From the NCBI GenBank assembly GCA_030248215.1, contig JASANG010001204.1, forward strand, positions 186,001 through 250,000: a DNA stretch of 64,000 bases. The letters are read 5' to 3'. Position 1 is the stretch's first letter. Every line of letters begins with the position of its first letter. A program made the translations under genes and the position numbers. This DNA comes from Enoplolaimus lenunculus. Lineage: Eukaryota. Shown piece after piece: positions 41,330-52,928 of this stretch. A model generated the notes under the pieces. That model was given only the letters and a program-made list of their open reading frames with translations, was not told the origin of the DNA and searched no databases.

Positions 41330-43156
41330 TCAGAGAAAAATGTTATCAAAGAACAGAAATACTGCGACGATTAGATTTGCAATTATTAAACCTGTGTGCT
41401 ATTAAATTTGTGACAAACAAGACTGAAGCTATCGCAATAGAGATTGGAAAGATGGCTGATTTACATTTTAGGCCTATAGACGCCATCGAAAGCCTTTACT
41501 GAAACTAAAGACTAAAGTCTGAGGCGACTCCTGAGCCGATACTAATTGTGAAAAGTGTACAAGGGCCAAGAAAAATTTACTTGTAAGAATTAACAGTTTG
41601 GCCAAAACACAATGAGGATGTGAACGCAGCCTTATTAATTAAAGGCTTCTGTAAAAACTTAAAATAATGTAACCCGTGTTTTGCACCTTGCCCGTACGTT
41701 GTGTGAAGCCATACTTTTTAAAAACGATTAGCATTACAGTGTATGTATATTACGGAAATTAAACGAATAATATCAATAGCACAGTTTGATTATGTATATA
41801 TCTTTGGATAAAGCTGAAGGTAAAAATAACTGAAACGGATAGCGATTCCAGCGAAAATAGAAAGTTAATATTTAAATATAAAGTTTAAAACGCGAAAAAG
41901 GAACACATATTTTTAAACCAAGTTTTAGTCTAAAATGATAAAACAAAGGCCCATATATATTGTGTGGATTTTATTGGAAACTGTTTATTCAATTAAAACT
42001 GCCAGAGCGATAAAAATTTGGGTCTTTTCTGTTATCTTTCCAGCCCGTGTTTACCCAAAAATTGGATTTAAAATTTTTTCAGCATGTTTGAGCTTCTCAT
42101 GACCTCCCCTGATCATTCCACGGCTAATTAGGGATTTCCGTTATAACCAAGTCGAGTACGGTTTGTCCCATGTTGATTTGACGTCAGCGTTAAAATTCGG
42201 GCTCTTATGAAAATCGGGTCAACAGACAAAATCCGAATATGACATTAGCTTTCAAACCACAGTTTTCAAATGGTCAATGTGTACAAGCTTCGGTATGTCA
42301 AGTGATACTTGGACTGTGTGACATTTATTCAAATACCATATGATATTCAAAAATTTCAAAAAGTATCATATGATATTCAGCAGAAAAGCGTAATCTTTAG
42401 GTGCTAAAACGAGTGAATAGACGGGCGGCAAAGGCACATATGTGCTTTCAATACCAAATACACACCTGAAAATCGTTTCCGCCACAAATTCGCTTAGAAC
42501 CACAAGCTACATAATTCAAGAATTCAAATTTCAAATTCTTGTATCATATGATATTCAACAGGACAATTTGAGTATGTTACCTCAAGCATGCAGACATTTG
42601 AAAATATATCATATGATATTCGCAGACAATACCTACATATGATTATAGCAGACGAATAAGAAGATAAAACGTTATCCTATAGTCTAATAGAGACAAAACG
42701 TGTCCTAAGCTGCCCCGGTTATAACGAGAACCCCGCATAAATTTGAATTTTTAAAAATTCGTTTTAAATGTCTTTTTTCTCAAAAAGTTTGACAAATTAT
42801 ATACCATTCGCTACTTGCGGAGCTGCGTCCAATGGTGTTAATTTTGTTGCATTCAGACGATTGGTTAAAGAGTTATTGTAAAATAATTTATTTAACGTGC
42901 TGACAACGATTTGGGTCGCCGCCAAATCAGTTGTTTGACCATAATTCGTTAACCGATCATCTGATAGAATGGCATCGTAGTACCTACTGTTGCTACTACA
43001 AAAACAGTGCACAGTTTCTGTGTTAAAACAACAAACGTCAAAAACTAATTGCTGCTGTGTGTGTGAAAAAATGGTTTATGTTGCCATACACAAGAATACC
43101 TTTTAAACATATCCTTCAATTGGCAATACACCAGATGGAAAGCGAGTTTCAAATAA
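41330..43156 (-). CDS. Putative 3' exons of an unidentified protein ending in a hydrophobic GPI-signal-like tail (5' exons not found)
   Basis: Candidate phase-consistent exons 43156-43100 (YLKLAFHLVYCQLKDMFK), 42983-42805 (YYDAILSDDRLTNYGQ...AAPQVAN; alternative acceptor at 43017) and 41391-41330 (GLIIANLIVAVFLFFDNIFL*). No recognised domain. Confidence 0.4.
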
Positions 43157-44058
43157 CTATAAAATATCCTCGTTAACGTTAAAGAAAGCAGTTTAGGATT
43201 TTTTTACTTTTGAGAAAAGTTAAAAAGCATTTCGATTCGCTGAGTCGCACGTTTGAGTCTGGCTGAGTCGAATTTGACTCAGTTTGTGTACTACCGAAGA
43301 GCCTATTTCGGCAGAGTCAATTTGACTCACCATTTTTTGCAGTGTAGGACAAGAGTTTTATAAAATGCAACATTTTGTTGCAACAAAAAGGAAGATTTAA
43401 ATCTGTGCCATTTGTAAACTTTGTTTGAAGTTCATCTGCTTATACATGTATTCATGTTCTCTGATAGCAATGCCGTCGCTCTGCTTGAGTTTGGTTTAAT
43501 CTTCTTAAACGAATTGAATAGCGTTTAAAGATGCATAGTTTTACAGGAAACGCCTTCGCAAATTTGATTTTGATAGATTGTAGCATTGCAATAAGTCGCC
43601 CATTAGTCTCTGGCAGAGTCGAATTTGACTCAGTTCGTATAGTCCTCTAGAGCCTATTTCAAGCAGAGTCAATTTGGCTCACCATTTTTTACAGTGTAGT
43701 ATAAGATAATCTGGAACTTCGTTATCTAAATTTACTATCAGGAACTGCGCGCCACGGTTTGTATAACGTTTCAATATTAAAACTGGAACACTCGTACCAT
43801 ACGTAAATTAGACAGTTTTACAACGTTGAACTTGACTGAGAAACGTCTGTTTTTGTCAACGGCCATACGCTCTAGCCCCATGTTAATTTCAGTGGCTGTA
43901 CAATTATACTTTTCTCTATAAGTAATGTGAACAAAACATTGATATCTTAGCGTCCTTTAATTAATCTGAGTTACCGCATGATACCGGACGACATTTAAGA
44001 AACTGGAGCACAACGTTAAACAAATCCACAACAAAGCGGTATCTCGGATAACATCACG

Positions 44059-44225
44059 GGCCAATGTTACTGTTAGGGCCGTAACAGTCGGTTAAGCGTA
44101 TTTCTAAGCCTAAGCCTAAGCCTATGCCTAAAGCCTAAGCCTAAGCAAAAAACGTAGTCTAGAAGTAAGCCTACTGTTTTACAGACCCACCAGAAACCGG
44201 GACGGCCCTAAAAGTACCATGGGCC
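44059..44225. mobile_element. MITE family B (GCCTAA/TTAGGC core) with 8-bp target site duplication
   Basis: acatcacg|ggccaatgttact ... (gcctaa)n ... agtaccatgggcc|acatcacg. Confidence 0.85.
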
Positions 44226-44601
44226 ACATCACGGATAAAATTGTTTGCACGGGGCGCAGCAACTGCCAGCAGTACTTAAACCGTGAATAAGCAAAATTCA
44301 AGGTATAGAAATCGTGTCAAAAATAAAACGCTGTTTTTCACGTTTCAAACAGCGTCTATCAATACGCTTTTTGCAAGTGGAGAAACTTTGAAATGAATTG
44401 CTAGCGTAGGTAAACGCTATTAAGTAAACACTTTTTAGCGTTTGGGAGAACGCTATTTTCTTATCAACACAAGCTGTTACAAACAAAAATTGTATTTTAA
44501 TCTTATAAATTCGAAACAACAATTTTCTTAAATTTTTAACCGAAAATTTTGTAACATTTTCCTATCCCTTTTATAAGAATCGGCGCTATAACCACAATAT
44601 A

Positions 44602-44872
44602 TTAATCCCTTCTTACATTGAGTTGCCTGTATGCAACTCAACACAGTGCATATACGTTAAATAGTATATATTGCACCGTGTTTAACAATTGCAACACGTA
44701 TACATAGTACTAAATCACCACAAGACGTGAGAGCCCCCTCGGGCTCGAGCGTTAAGCTCCTATAGCTGAGTGGTGATGGTATACGCCTCCCACTCCAGTC
44801 ACTGGAGTTCGAATCTTAGCATAAAAGTAGGTCTCAGGGGAAATAGAAAATATTCATGTGAGAAAGGGTTAA
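44602..44872. mobile_element. TTAA-flanked piggyBac-like MITE carrying a tRNA-like segment (copy 2)
   Basis: ttaa-tcccttcttacat ... atgtgagaaaggg-ttaa; same internal sequence as 13933-14192. Confidence 0.8.
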
Positions 44873-46529
44873 GCGAAAAATTTTCAGTTTACTATCTTTA
44901 AACTCAAGGAACTGTGGTCACATATCAAGAGCATATTATTTAAATCGTTTTTCAAAACGCAAAAAGCGTTTTAAACCAATTTTTATTAGTATTTTTAACT
45001 AAAACAGAAAGGTAGAAAATTTTTTGTAATAAAATGGTAAGGTATCTCTACCTTACAATTTTCCCCCTTTGAAAAATAGCACAAATATAGCACACATGAA
45101 AAATTGTATTTCACCCATCAGAAATTTCTGAATCCGCCTCGTGCTGAAAATGTTCTTATTCTATGTCTTATGATTGTTTTCTATTTCATTTGTATTTTAA
45201 TTTAAACTTTGAACTAGAATCCCCGATACTCTTGCACGGGATGCGTTTGTTGTCACGGCCCGTGAATAAGAGCTTGACGCTCGAACCGGGACAGTGTTTT
45301 ACGTCTTGTGGAGATTTTGTACTGCACAAAACGCATTATATCACGTCATTTGGCGTACACAATTTGCGTTCACTTACTCATACATAGTATGCGCTATGCA
45401 AGAAAGGGTTACTTGGCTAGTTTAAATATTTAGTAACTTTTGCACGGAATCTGCCTATTGTAACGTTTGCCAAATAGTAAAAGTTTAAAAATACTTAATG
45501 AGACTGTTTTTAGTTTCACGGTCATATGGTCTCGAATAAAATTTTAAAATCAAGATAAGGCTCAGGTATGACTTTAAACAGTAATATTTCAGAGCAGTTT
45601 TAAAAACAACACCATACAGGAGTGGTCATGGACGTAGGCAGGGGACGTTTTAGTGTCAACCCTCTCCCTCATTTGCGATTCTTGGAAAAGGTTTTTAGAT
45701 ACTTTCCAGTTTGTAGCACAAGAAACCCTCAAACCCCTTCTAAATTTCTGTCAAAAACCATTACTGTAGTAAATTAATTTTTTGCGCATCACAGCTAATT
45801 CAGATTGAAGTTTCATAGCTATATCTATCTCAACCAACAGGTGAAGTGTCGTGCACTTGATATTATTTTGGATACGTTATTCTATTTTGCGCCTTCAGAG
45901 GGGGTGTAACCCCTTTGGCCCCTATTGTTCTGAAAAGAATCAGTAAATCGACTCTGGTAAGAACTCAGTGGTAGAGCAAGCATCGGTCAAACTTTTTCCA
46001 AGTCCAAGTAATGGAGCTGTTTTTACTTTTTAGTGGTCTTCTGTTTTAAACAACAGAGATACTGCTTTACTAATATATATTCTATCTTCTCTTTACTCCT
46101 AATTTTTCTTAACAGAATTCTTTTATCTTTACTACTTTTCGCTTTATTTTGGTATCGTTTGCTCAGTGCTTGTACTTGAAAACCCCTAGTAGTTGTGGAA
46201 AGTCTTGGTGTGGTGTTTCAACGATCAGTGCATAATCAACAGGGTCGAAGATTGTCTCGATGCTGATTACTTTTTCGAAGTAAATATTCTAGTTCTACTG
46301 ATTGAGCCACGCCAAGTAATACGTCAAGAGATATTTGATTGTTTGTTTATTTGTTGCCGTTGCAGTGGAGCATATATAAGTTTCTTACGATTCAGAATTT
46401 TTAAAAAGACTATGTATATTTCAAGTAAATTAATATCCCCTGAAAAATTAAACCTAGTTTGCACTCGTAAGGTTTTATTTCGTTTTTGGAATCTGAGCAA
46501 GTCTGGCAATTGCTGCTCTGTTTCAGTTA

Positions 46530-46975
46530 CTGTATTGACCCGAATAAGAGGAGAAGGGGTAATAAGAGGGGGTCCCTATTTTGAATCTAAATGAATTGGA
46601 GTCCGTATCCCTAATAAGAGTCCGTAAGCGGATAAACTCCCTACACCCTAATTAAAGTCCACAAACGTCAATTAACCCTAATCGTAGCGGATAAATGACT
46701 CCAGGACCAAATAATTTGAGTTCGAAACTTTAAAGCGTACTTAAATTTTGAAAGTACTTTCCTAAGTATAACCTTGTATTATCGCTCAAGCTATTGACAC
46801 AAGGCAAATAAACGTTTAATTCAACGGAAATTGCAGTACCGGATATATATCTGTAACGAAAGGCGGCGGAGCGTGGGTTAAAAATAAAGAACAGTCCGTA
46901 ACCGAATAAAGAGGGGGGTACTCTCTGGAAAGGCCAAATAAATATCAGTCCCCCCTCTTATTCGGGTCACTACAG
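46530..46975. mobile_element. MITE family A, full-length copy
   Basis: ta|ctgtattgacccgaataagagg ... cctcttattcgggtcactacag|ta. Confidence 0.9.
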
Positions 46976-48005
46976 TACGTTGTTCCTATCGGTAATCGTG
47001 TGTTAATTCATGCCTAATTAACAATTCAACAAAAAATTACATTAGAATTTTGAACTCCTCGAAGATTTTTCACCTCAATAATTTCGGTAAAATATGAACA
47101 TGTAAAAAAGTTTAACTTTTTTGACTGCGTTCAACTTACTGTATATCTTGTCTTCCTGTTGCAATTAGTTTAATGGCAAAAATTCATGTGTAAAATGGTA
47201 AAACTTTCTAGATTCACTGCGCCGTAAATACGGATGTTGATTTTAAGATAATTTTTGGCTGATGTACACGCATGGAGGAGAGGTTTATAAATACAGAAAT
47301 TTCTGAAGGGGAGTCCGCATAAAATACAATTGTTAAAAAAGTTTGCGACAGGGAAGCCAACCACAATTTTAGTACTAAATCTTAGTAGATAATAATTTTT
47401 TAAGTCCTGGAGGACTCATCGTTTGGGTATCCCGTTTCGTTCCGCTAAGTACAGAGTTAACTTAAAGTATTTAAAGAAAAACAAAATACTTATTTGTCAA
47501 CTTTTGCTCCGTTATCGATTGCAAAATTGTGGTTTGAGTTTGGTTGAATTTTTTATGTAAAACTAATGTCAAAAATTTATTATCTGTACATAGGCTCGGC
47601 TCATAAAAAACATGGCGCTTCGTAACCCAACAGAGGTAAAAGTGTGATTTTTTATAAATAATGCACTCGGGCAGTATAACGCTAACAATCTATGATTTGT
47701 TTGAATTTTCAAGCTAAGTATTGGAGGTGCGGAAAATAACAAATTAGCTTAATCTTTAATCGTAATATTTTGACAGCTGTATAATAAAACCGCTGTCTAT
47801 GGTTGTCGTATATCACATATATAGGCGGAGTAAAAGAAAATTTGTCAAGCGAAAATGAATCGAAAGCCTGAAACAGAAATCCGATAAATATTTACAAAAA
47901 TGTTCAAAGTATACAATTTTCCGCTGGTTTTGTACAAAACGCATGATAAGATTTGGAAGTCGTTGAGTTTTGCAACAAGTGCTTAAAATTGTTCCAGAGT
48001 TTTCT

Positions 48006-48211
48006 CATGTATAGAACAGGGCTCGATTGTTTTCCTGCGGTGCTGTAATAGGTCAGTTTAAGCTTAAGACTAACCTTTTTGCTTAGGCTTTGACTAAAGC
48101 TTACGCTTAGACTTAAGAATAGGATGATTCTTACGCTTAGGCTTTGGCTTATTCTCAGGCTTAGGAATACGCTTAATATACTAGTGTTCCGGCCCTGTTC
48201 TATACATGGAC
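48006..48211. mobile_element. MITE family B
   Basis: catgtatagaacagggc ... gccctgttctatacatg with TTAGGC-like core. Confidence 0.8.
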
Positions 48212-48646
48212 CGTTTTATAACGTTTTGACAGATAATCTGTAATTATAAATATTATCCAGTATTTAGGGATGTCGTGTAGTTTCACATAAAAAGGAGTAA
48301 AAACTATAAATTGTGTCAAGCGAAAATTATACAAACGCCGGGAACAGAAAACAAACAAATAATTCCAAAAAATCTTTAAAGTATACACAAATTTCGGCAG
48401 GTTTGTATAAATCACAAGATAAACAGTGCAAGCAGTACCAAATTCAGTTGCAGTTGCAAAATTAATCAAGACAGCGATATACAAAAATTATCGGTGGTCG
48501 ATAACTAAACATAGAAAGTGGTCTTTGTTGTATTCGAGGAGATATTACTGGCGTAGAAACATTGGATCGATCCTACACATAAATCTCGTTATGTGATTGC
48601 TGCTAATGTTGCATAGATGGCAACAAAGATTCCCATCAACCGTGCA

Positions 48647-49470
48647 ATGTAGTGACCGGAATTAGAGAAGAGGGATGATAAGAGGGGCCCCCATTTTGAG
48701 TCCCAATCGATAGGAGTCCGTATCCCTAATGCGGCGTTTACAATAAAAAATTTGGCTGGCCACAAAATATGTCCCATCCCAGGGTTAACGAGTGGTCATT
48801 GACCCTACCTCAACGAAATTTTTCCGTTGACCCTACCTCAACGAGTGGTCTGTGCCACTCGTTGAGGTAGGGTGAACACTTTTTTTACAACCCGTGACAC
48901 GCGTTGACCCTACCTCAATGCAAAATCTCTGTTGACCCTACCTCAACGTGCGTCACAAATTGTTGACCTACCTCAACGAGTGCCACAGACCACTCGTTAA
49001 GGTAGGATCAACGGAAAATTTTCGTTGAGGTAGGGTCAACGACCACTCGTTAACCCTGGGATGGGACATTTTTTGCGGCCAGGCCAAAGTTTTTATTGTG
49101 AACGCTGCATAATAAGAGTCCTTAAGCGGATAAAGTCCCTAAACCCTAATTAGAGTCCATAAATTTCAATTATTCCTAATTGTAGCGCATAAAGGACTCC
49201 AGGCACAAATAATTTGAGTTCGAAACTTTAAAGCGTACTTAAAATTTGAAAGTACATTCCGAAGTATAATCTTGCATTATCACTCAAGCTTTTGATGCAA
49301 GGCAAAAAACGTTTAATTCAACGGATAGCTGCAATACCGGATATAGATCAGTAAGGAATGATGGCGGAGGGATGGTTTAAAATAAATAACAGTCCGTAAC
49401 CCAATAACAGGGGGTACCCTTGGGAGAGGCCAAATAATTATCAGCCCCCCTCTTATTCGGGTCACCACAG
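48647..49470. mobile_element. MITE family A interrupted by a nested insertion
   Basis: Family A sequence gtatccctaa|taagagtcc is split by a 380-bp insert; both TIRs present. Confidence 0.88.
48730..49109. mobile_element. TAA-flanked (PIF/Harbinger/Tourist-like) MITE with multiple gttgaccctacctcaac motifs
   Basis: taa|tgcggcgtttacaataaa ... tttattgtgaacgctgca|taa; long imperfect TIRs; internal motif repeated ~7 times in both orientations. Confidence 0.88.
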
Positions 49471-49541
49471 TACGCTCACTGATATTGCTAAATTTTACCA
49501 TCTATATAATGCACATTACACCTTAGTCAAAACTATGAGCA

Positions 49542-49709
49542 CAATGGCGGATCCATGTGGAGGGCCACCACGGCCGTGGGCCCCCCCAATAGCATCTCGA
49601 CAAAAATTATATAGCAATTTTATGACAATAGTACGTGGTTTGTGTGTTAGTCAAAAGTAAGGTTATTAAAATTTTGGCCCCCCATTTTGAGATCCTGGAT
49701 CCGCCACTG
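49542..49709. mobile_element. Short hAT-like MITE
   Basis: tatgagca|caatggcggatcca ... tggatccgccactg|tatgagca. Confidence 0.88.
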
Positions 49710-52700
49710 TATGAGCAAGAAGATTTTCCAGCAGAACCTCAGACTTTTGGTGTTGGAAAAGTTTCGAAAAAAATCCGCTGAAGGTATTGTTTAGTCTTTC
49801 ACAACATAAAGTTTTCCGCAGTCACCCACACATAACGAGCATGAACTAAACCTAAGCTTGATAAGCCTAGGTTTAAGGCTACACAAGCCTAAGACTGAGC
49901 CTGCGCCTAAGAGAGGCGCCTACACGTTTGATAACGTCCGCCGTCCTCGGTCACTGTCCGGCGCCGTAAATCAACGTCTTTCACCGTCCGGCGCGGTTCA
50001 TCGTCTACCGTCATCGTCCTGCCCTGTCCGTCACTGTCCACTACCGGACGGCGCAGTCCGGAGCCATCCAAGCACAGTGTATCAATTTGTAAACAAAGAT
50101 TTTTTGACTTGCGGCACCGTCCAGCTCCTGAAGGCGCATAACGACAAGTATAGCGAAAGGTGAAACCGGATGTGCCCAAGCATGAAATATTAATGTAATA
50201 ATGGAAACACTGTATTGGTGACGGGGGGCACATTCACCTTCCATTAAATTGAGATTAGTGTAAGGCAGATGAAATAAAAAAGTACCGATCTGAGAACAGC
50301 GGCTCAATCCAGTTCATTATTATTCATTTCTCGATACTTCCAAACTGCGGCTATTTAATTCAAATATGGGCCCATAGAAGCTATAGACTATTTATTTGCT
50401 TAGGTTTAAGCCTAGGCTAGAAAAGGTTTATCCTTTATACACTTCTGGATTTTGCGCAGGAACGTGCTTATACTACTATTCTAGCCCTGTAATATACATT
50501 GACCAATATACGCAATGGGTATATTGCTTTTGAGTCGTGGTTACGTACGCCATCCTCATCAGGTTAGTAGCTATAGAAAATATATTGTATAGCGAAGCGA
50601 ACAAAAATCATCATCGCATGTCTTTCTTTGTTTGCCAAATTTCAAATAGCACTTAAACGATGGAATTTAACGAAACTATGCCAAATTAACTGTGGTTTAC
50701 GAATTATATTTCAAACTTTGATCTGTAATAAAACAGAAATCGAGGTATAATAACGAACAATTTGAAACAGGAAATACGTTTTACAACGTTGCTTTCATCT
50801 GGCATGTGCGCTAACGTTTGTAACCTTGAAACGTCAGTTGACGCAATTGATAAATATTTTCATTTAAATTTTTGGTACCAATCCTAAGTAAAACTTACCA
50901 TCAATTGTTTTCCGCAAACCCACAACCAAGTAGAAAAAGAGGTAAGAGCATTTATAAACGTTGTAAGATCAAGTTTGCTAACATAGTATTTTTTAATGCT
51001 CGTAGAAAAATATTTCTGGTCAAATATTGGGAAGATGCCTATATAAAGACGCGGTGTATCTAATCACCTTCCGCCCATTTTTTGTTTTGTATTTGTTGAT
51101 GCTGAAGCTGTCAACAGCTTTATCACAAAAACACAAGACACTTTAAATTGTTTTACTACGTTTAAATAATGACCTTGGAAAAATTAGTGATAGCCATATA
51201 CGTCATATGAAAAGATTTTTTTACTAACTACGCTGTGTTTCGAACAGTCGCGAAACCATAGGCGATTTAATGCATAAATACGCCGCTGCATGACGCTGGA
51301 ACTACATTGTTCGCAAGCAGAGTGTAACCGGAGATTCGTTTCTGCTAGAGGTAAAAATCGGAGTTCACTTTCGTTTTAGTTTTTCAAATACAAGAAATTT
51401 TTGTTCATTTTATATATACTGAAAATTCAGAATGTAGCTAATTTGCGTCTTCGGTAAAAATTGGTATTCGTTGTCCCGTATATTTTGATATTTCCATTCA
51501 CATATTTCTTTTCGATTATAAAAAAGTCAAATTCACTCACAATTGTTAAAAGATTTAATATATGTATGTAAATATGGTATTTTTTCCTAAAAATTTTAGA
51601 AAACCAGGTGAACATTTGTGTACCTCCGTCGACTAATTTTTTTAGCTTAGGCTTAGGCTTAAGCTCATTCTTATTATTAGGCTTATTCTTAGGATATGCT
51701 GATACTACTGTTGATCCTTATCTATACATTGCCTGCTCCATCTGAAACCAATATCAGGTTTGGAAGCGGGTTAAAATTTCACATCTTGACCGCTGTTTTA
51801 ACCTCAGGTTAATGCCTGAAAGTAGTCCCAAACAATCTATAAGTAAATTATAAAAAAAGTAATAAGACATGTCGTTTCAATTTTGCGACGTATTTCAGAG
51901 AAATTTGTATACAACGCAATCAAATCATCGCCGACAAAAACTATATTTCTCGCGCATCACCAGCTGTTTTAATTCAAAACAATGTTGTACAAACAGTCAA
52001 AAACAATAATTTTAATTAGTAAATTTTGTCCTAATTTCAATCAAATAGATATGTCTCTTCTGCAACTACTACTCTGATTACCGTTACCTTTTTTCAAATT
52101 TTGGGGGGTGGGTTAAATACAGTGGTATTTAATGTGTGTTTGCACGTAAAACCATCACAATTCAACTTGCAATTTGTATAAAACAGCAAACGCCGATTTG
52201 ATTTGATACAGATCAACTGTGTTTGTGTGTGCATTTTGCGCAAATCATTTTCATTTGTGCTGCTCTGTTGCATTTTTTTGGTCTCGTGTTGCATCAAACA
52301 TATAAAACTAATTACTGTTCGCAAAACGCCAAAATACAATGAATTATTAACGTTTATGAGTATTTTTATTACAAATTTTGAATAATTTTCGCCCGCAAAT
52401 GTTTTTTACACTGGAAATCTGCTAACAGGATTAATATATACGTTTACTACTAAAGAGTTAACAAAATTCGAACGTTCACAATTCAGGTTCATAGATTACG
52501 TACTGTTGGACTATGTTGCCTGTCGATACCACCGTGTCATTCCCAGTTTTCCTATTCGAGCGAAATAATAATCTAATAATTTATGTTGTCCAACATTTTT
52601 ACATATTCAAATAGATTCCATTTTTAGGGCGTCTTAAGGTTTTGAAATGGTCTGAATTGAAGCAAATGTTCTGAAAATATAAGCCAAATCAGTTCGACGA

Positions 52701-52928
52701 CTAAGAGGGCGAAGCCCTTACACAGGAGTAGTCCGTGCAAGCCTTGGCACCGTTTGTATTGCACAGTATTTGTTAATAAACAAGACGTATCCTGGTTATC
52801 TTAATTTTATTTTATAATTAATACGGTTGTAGCGCCATTTTTTCTAGCAAATTTTCCTGATATGACAATACAAGCCATGTTATCAAGAATGGTTCTGATT
52901 CTATATTTTTAAGTTTTTCATAACACAT

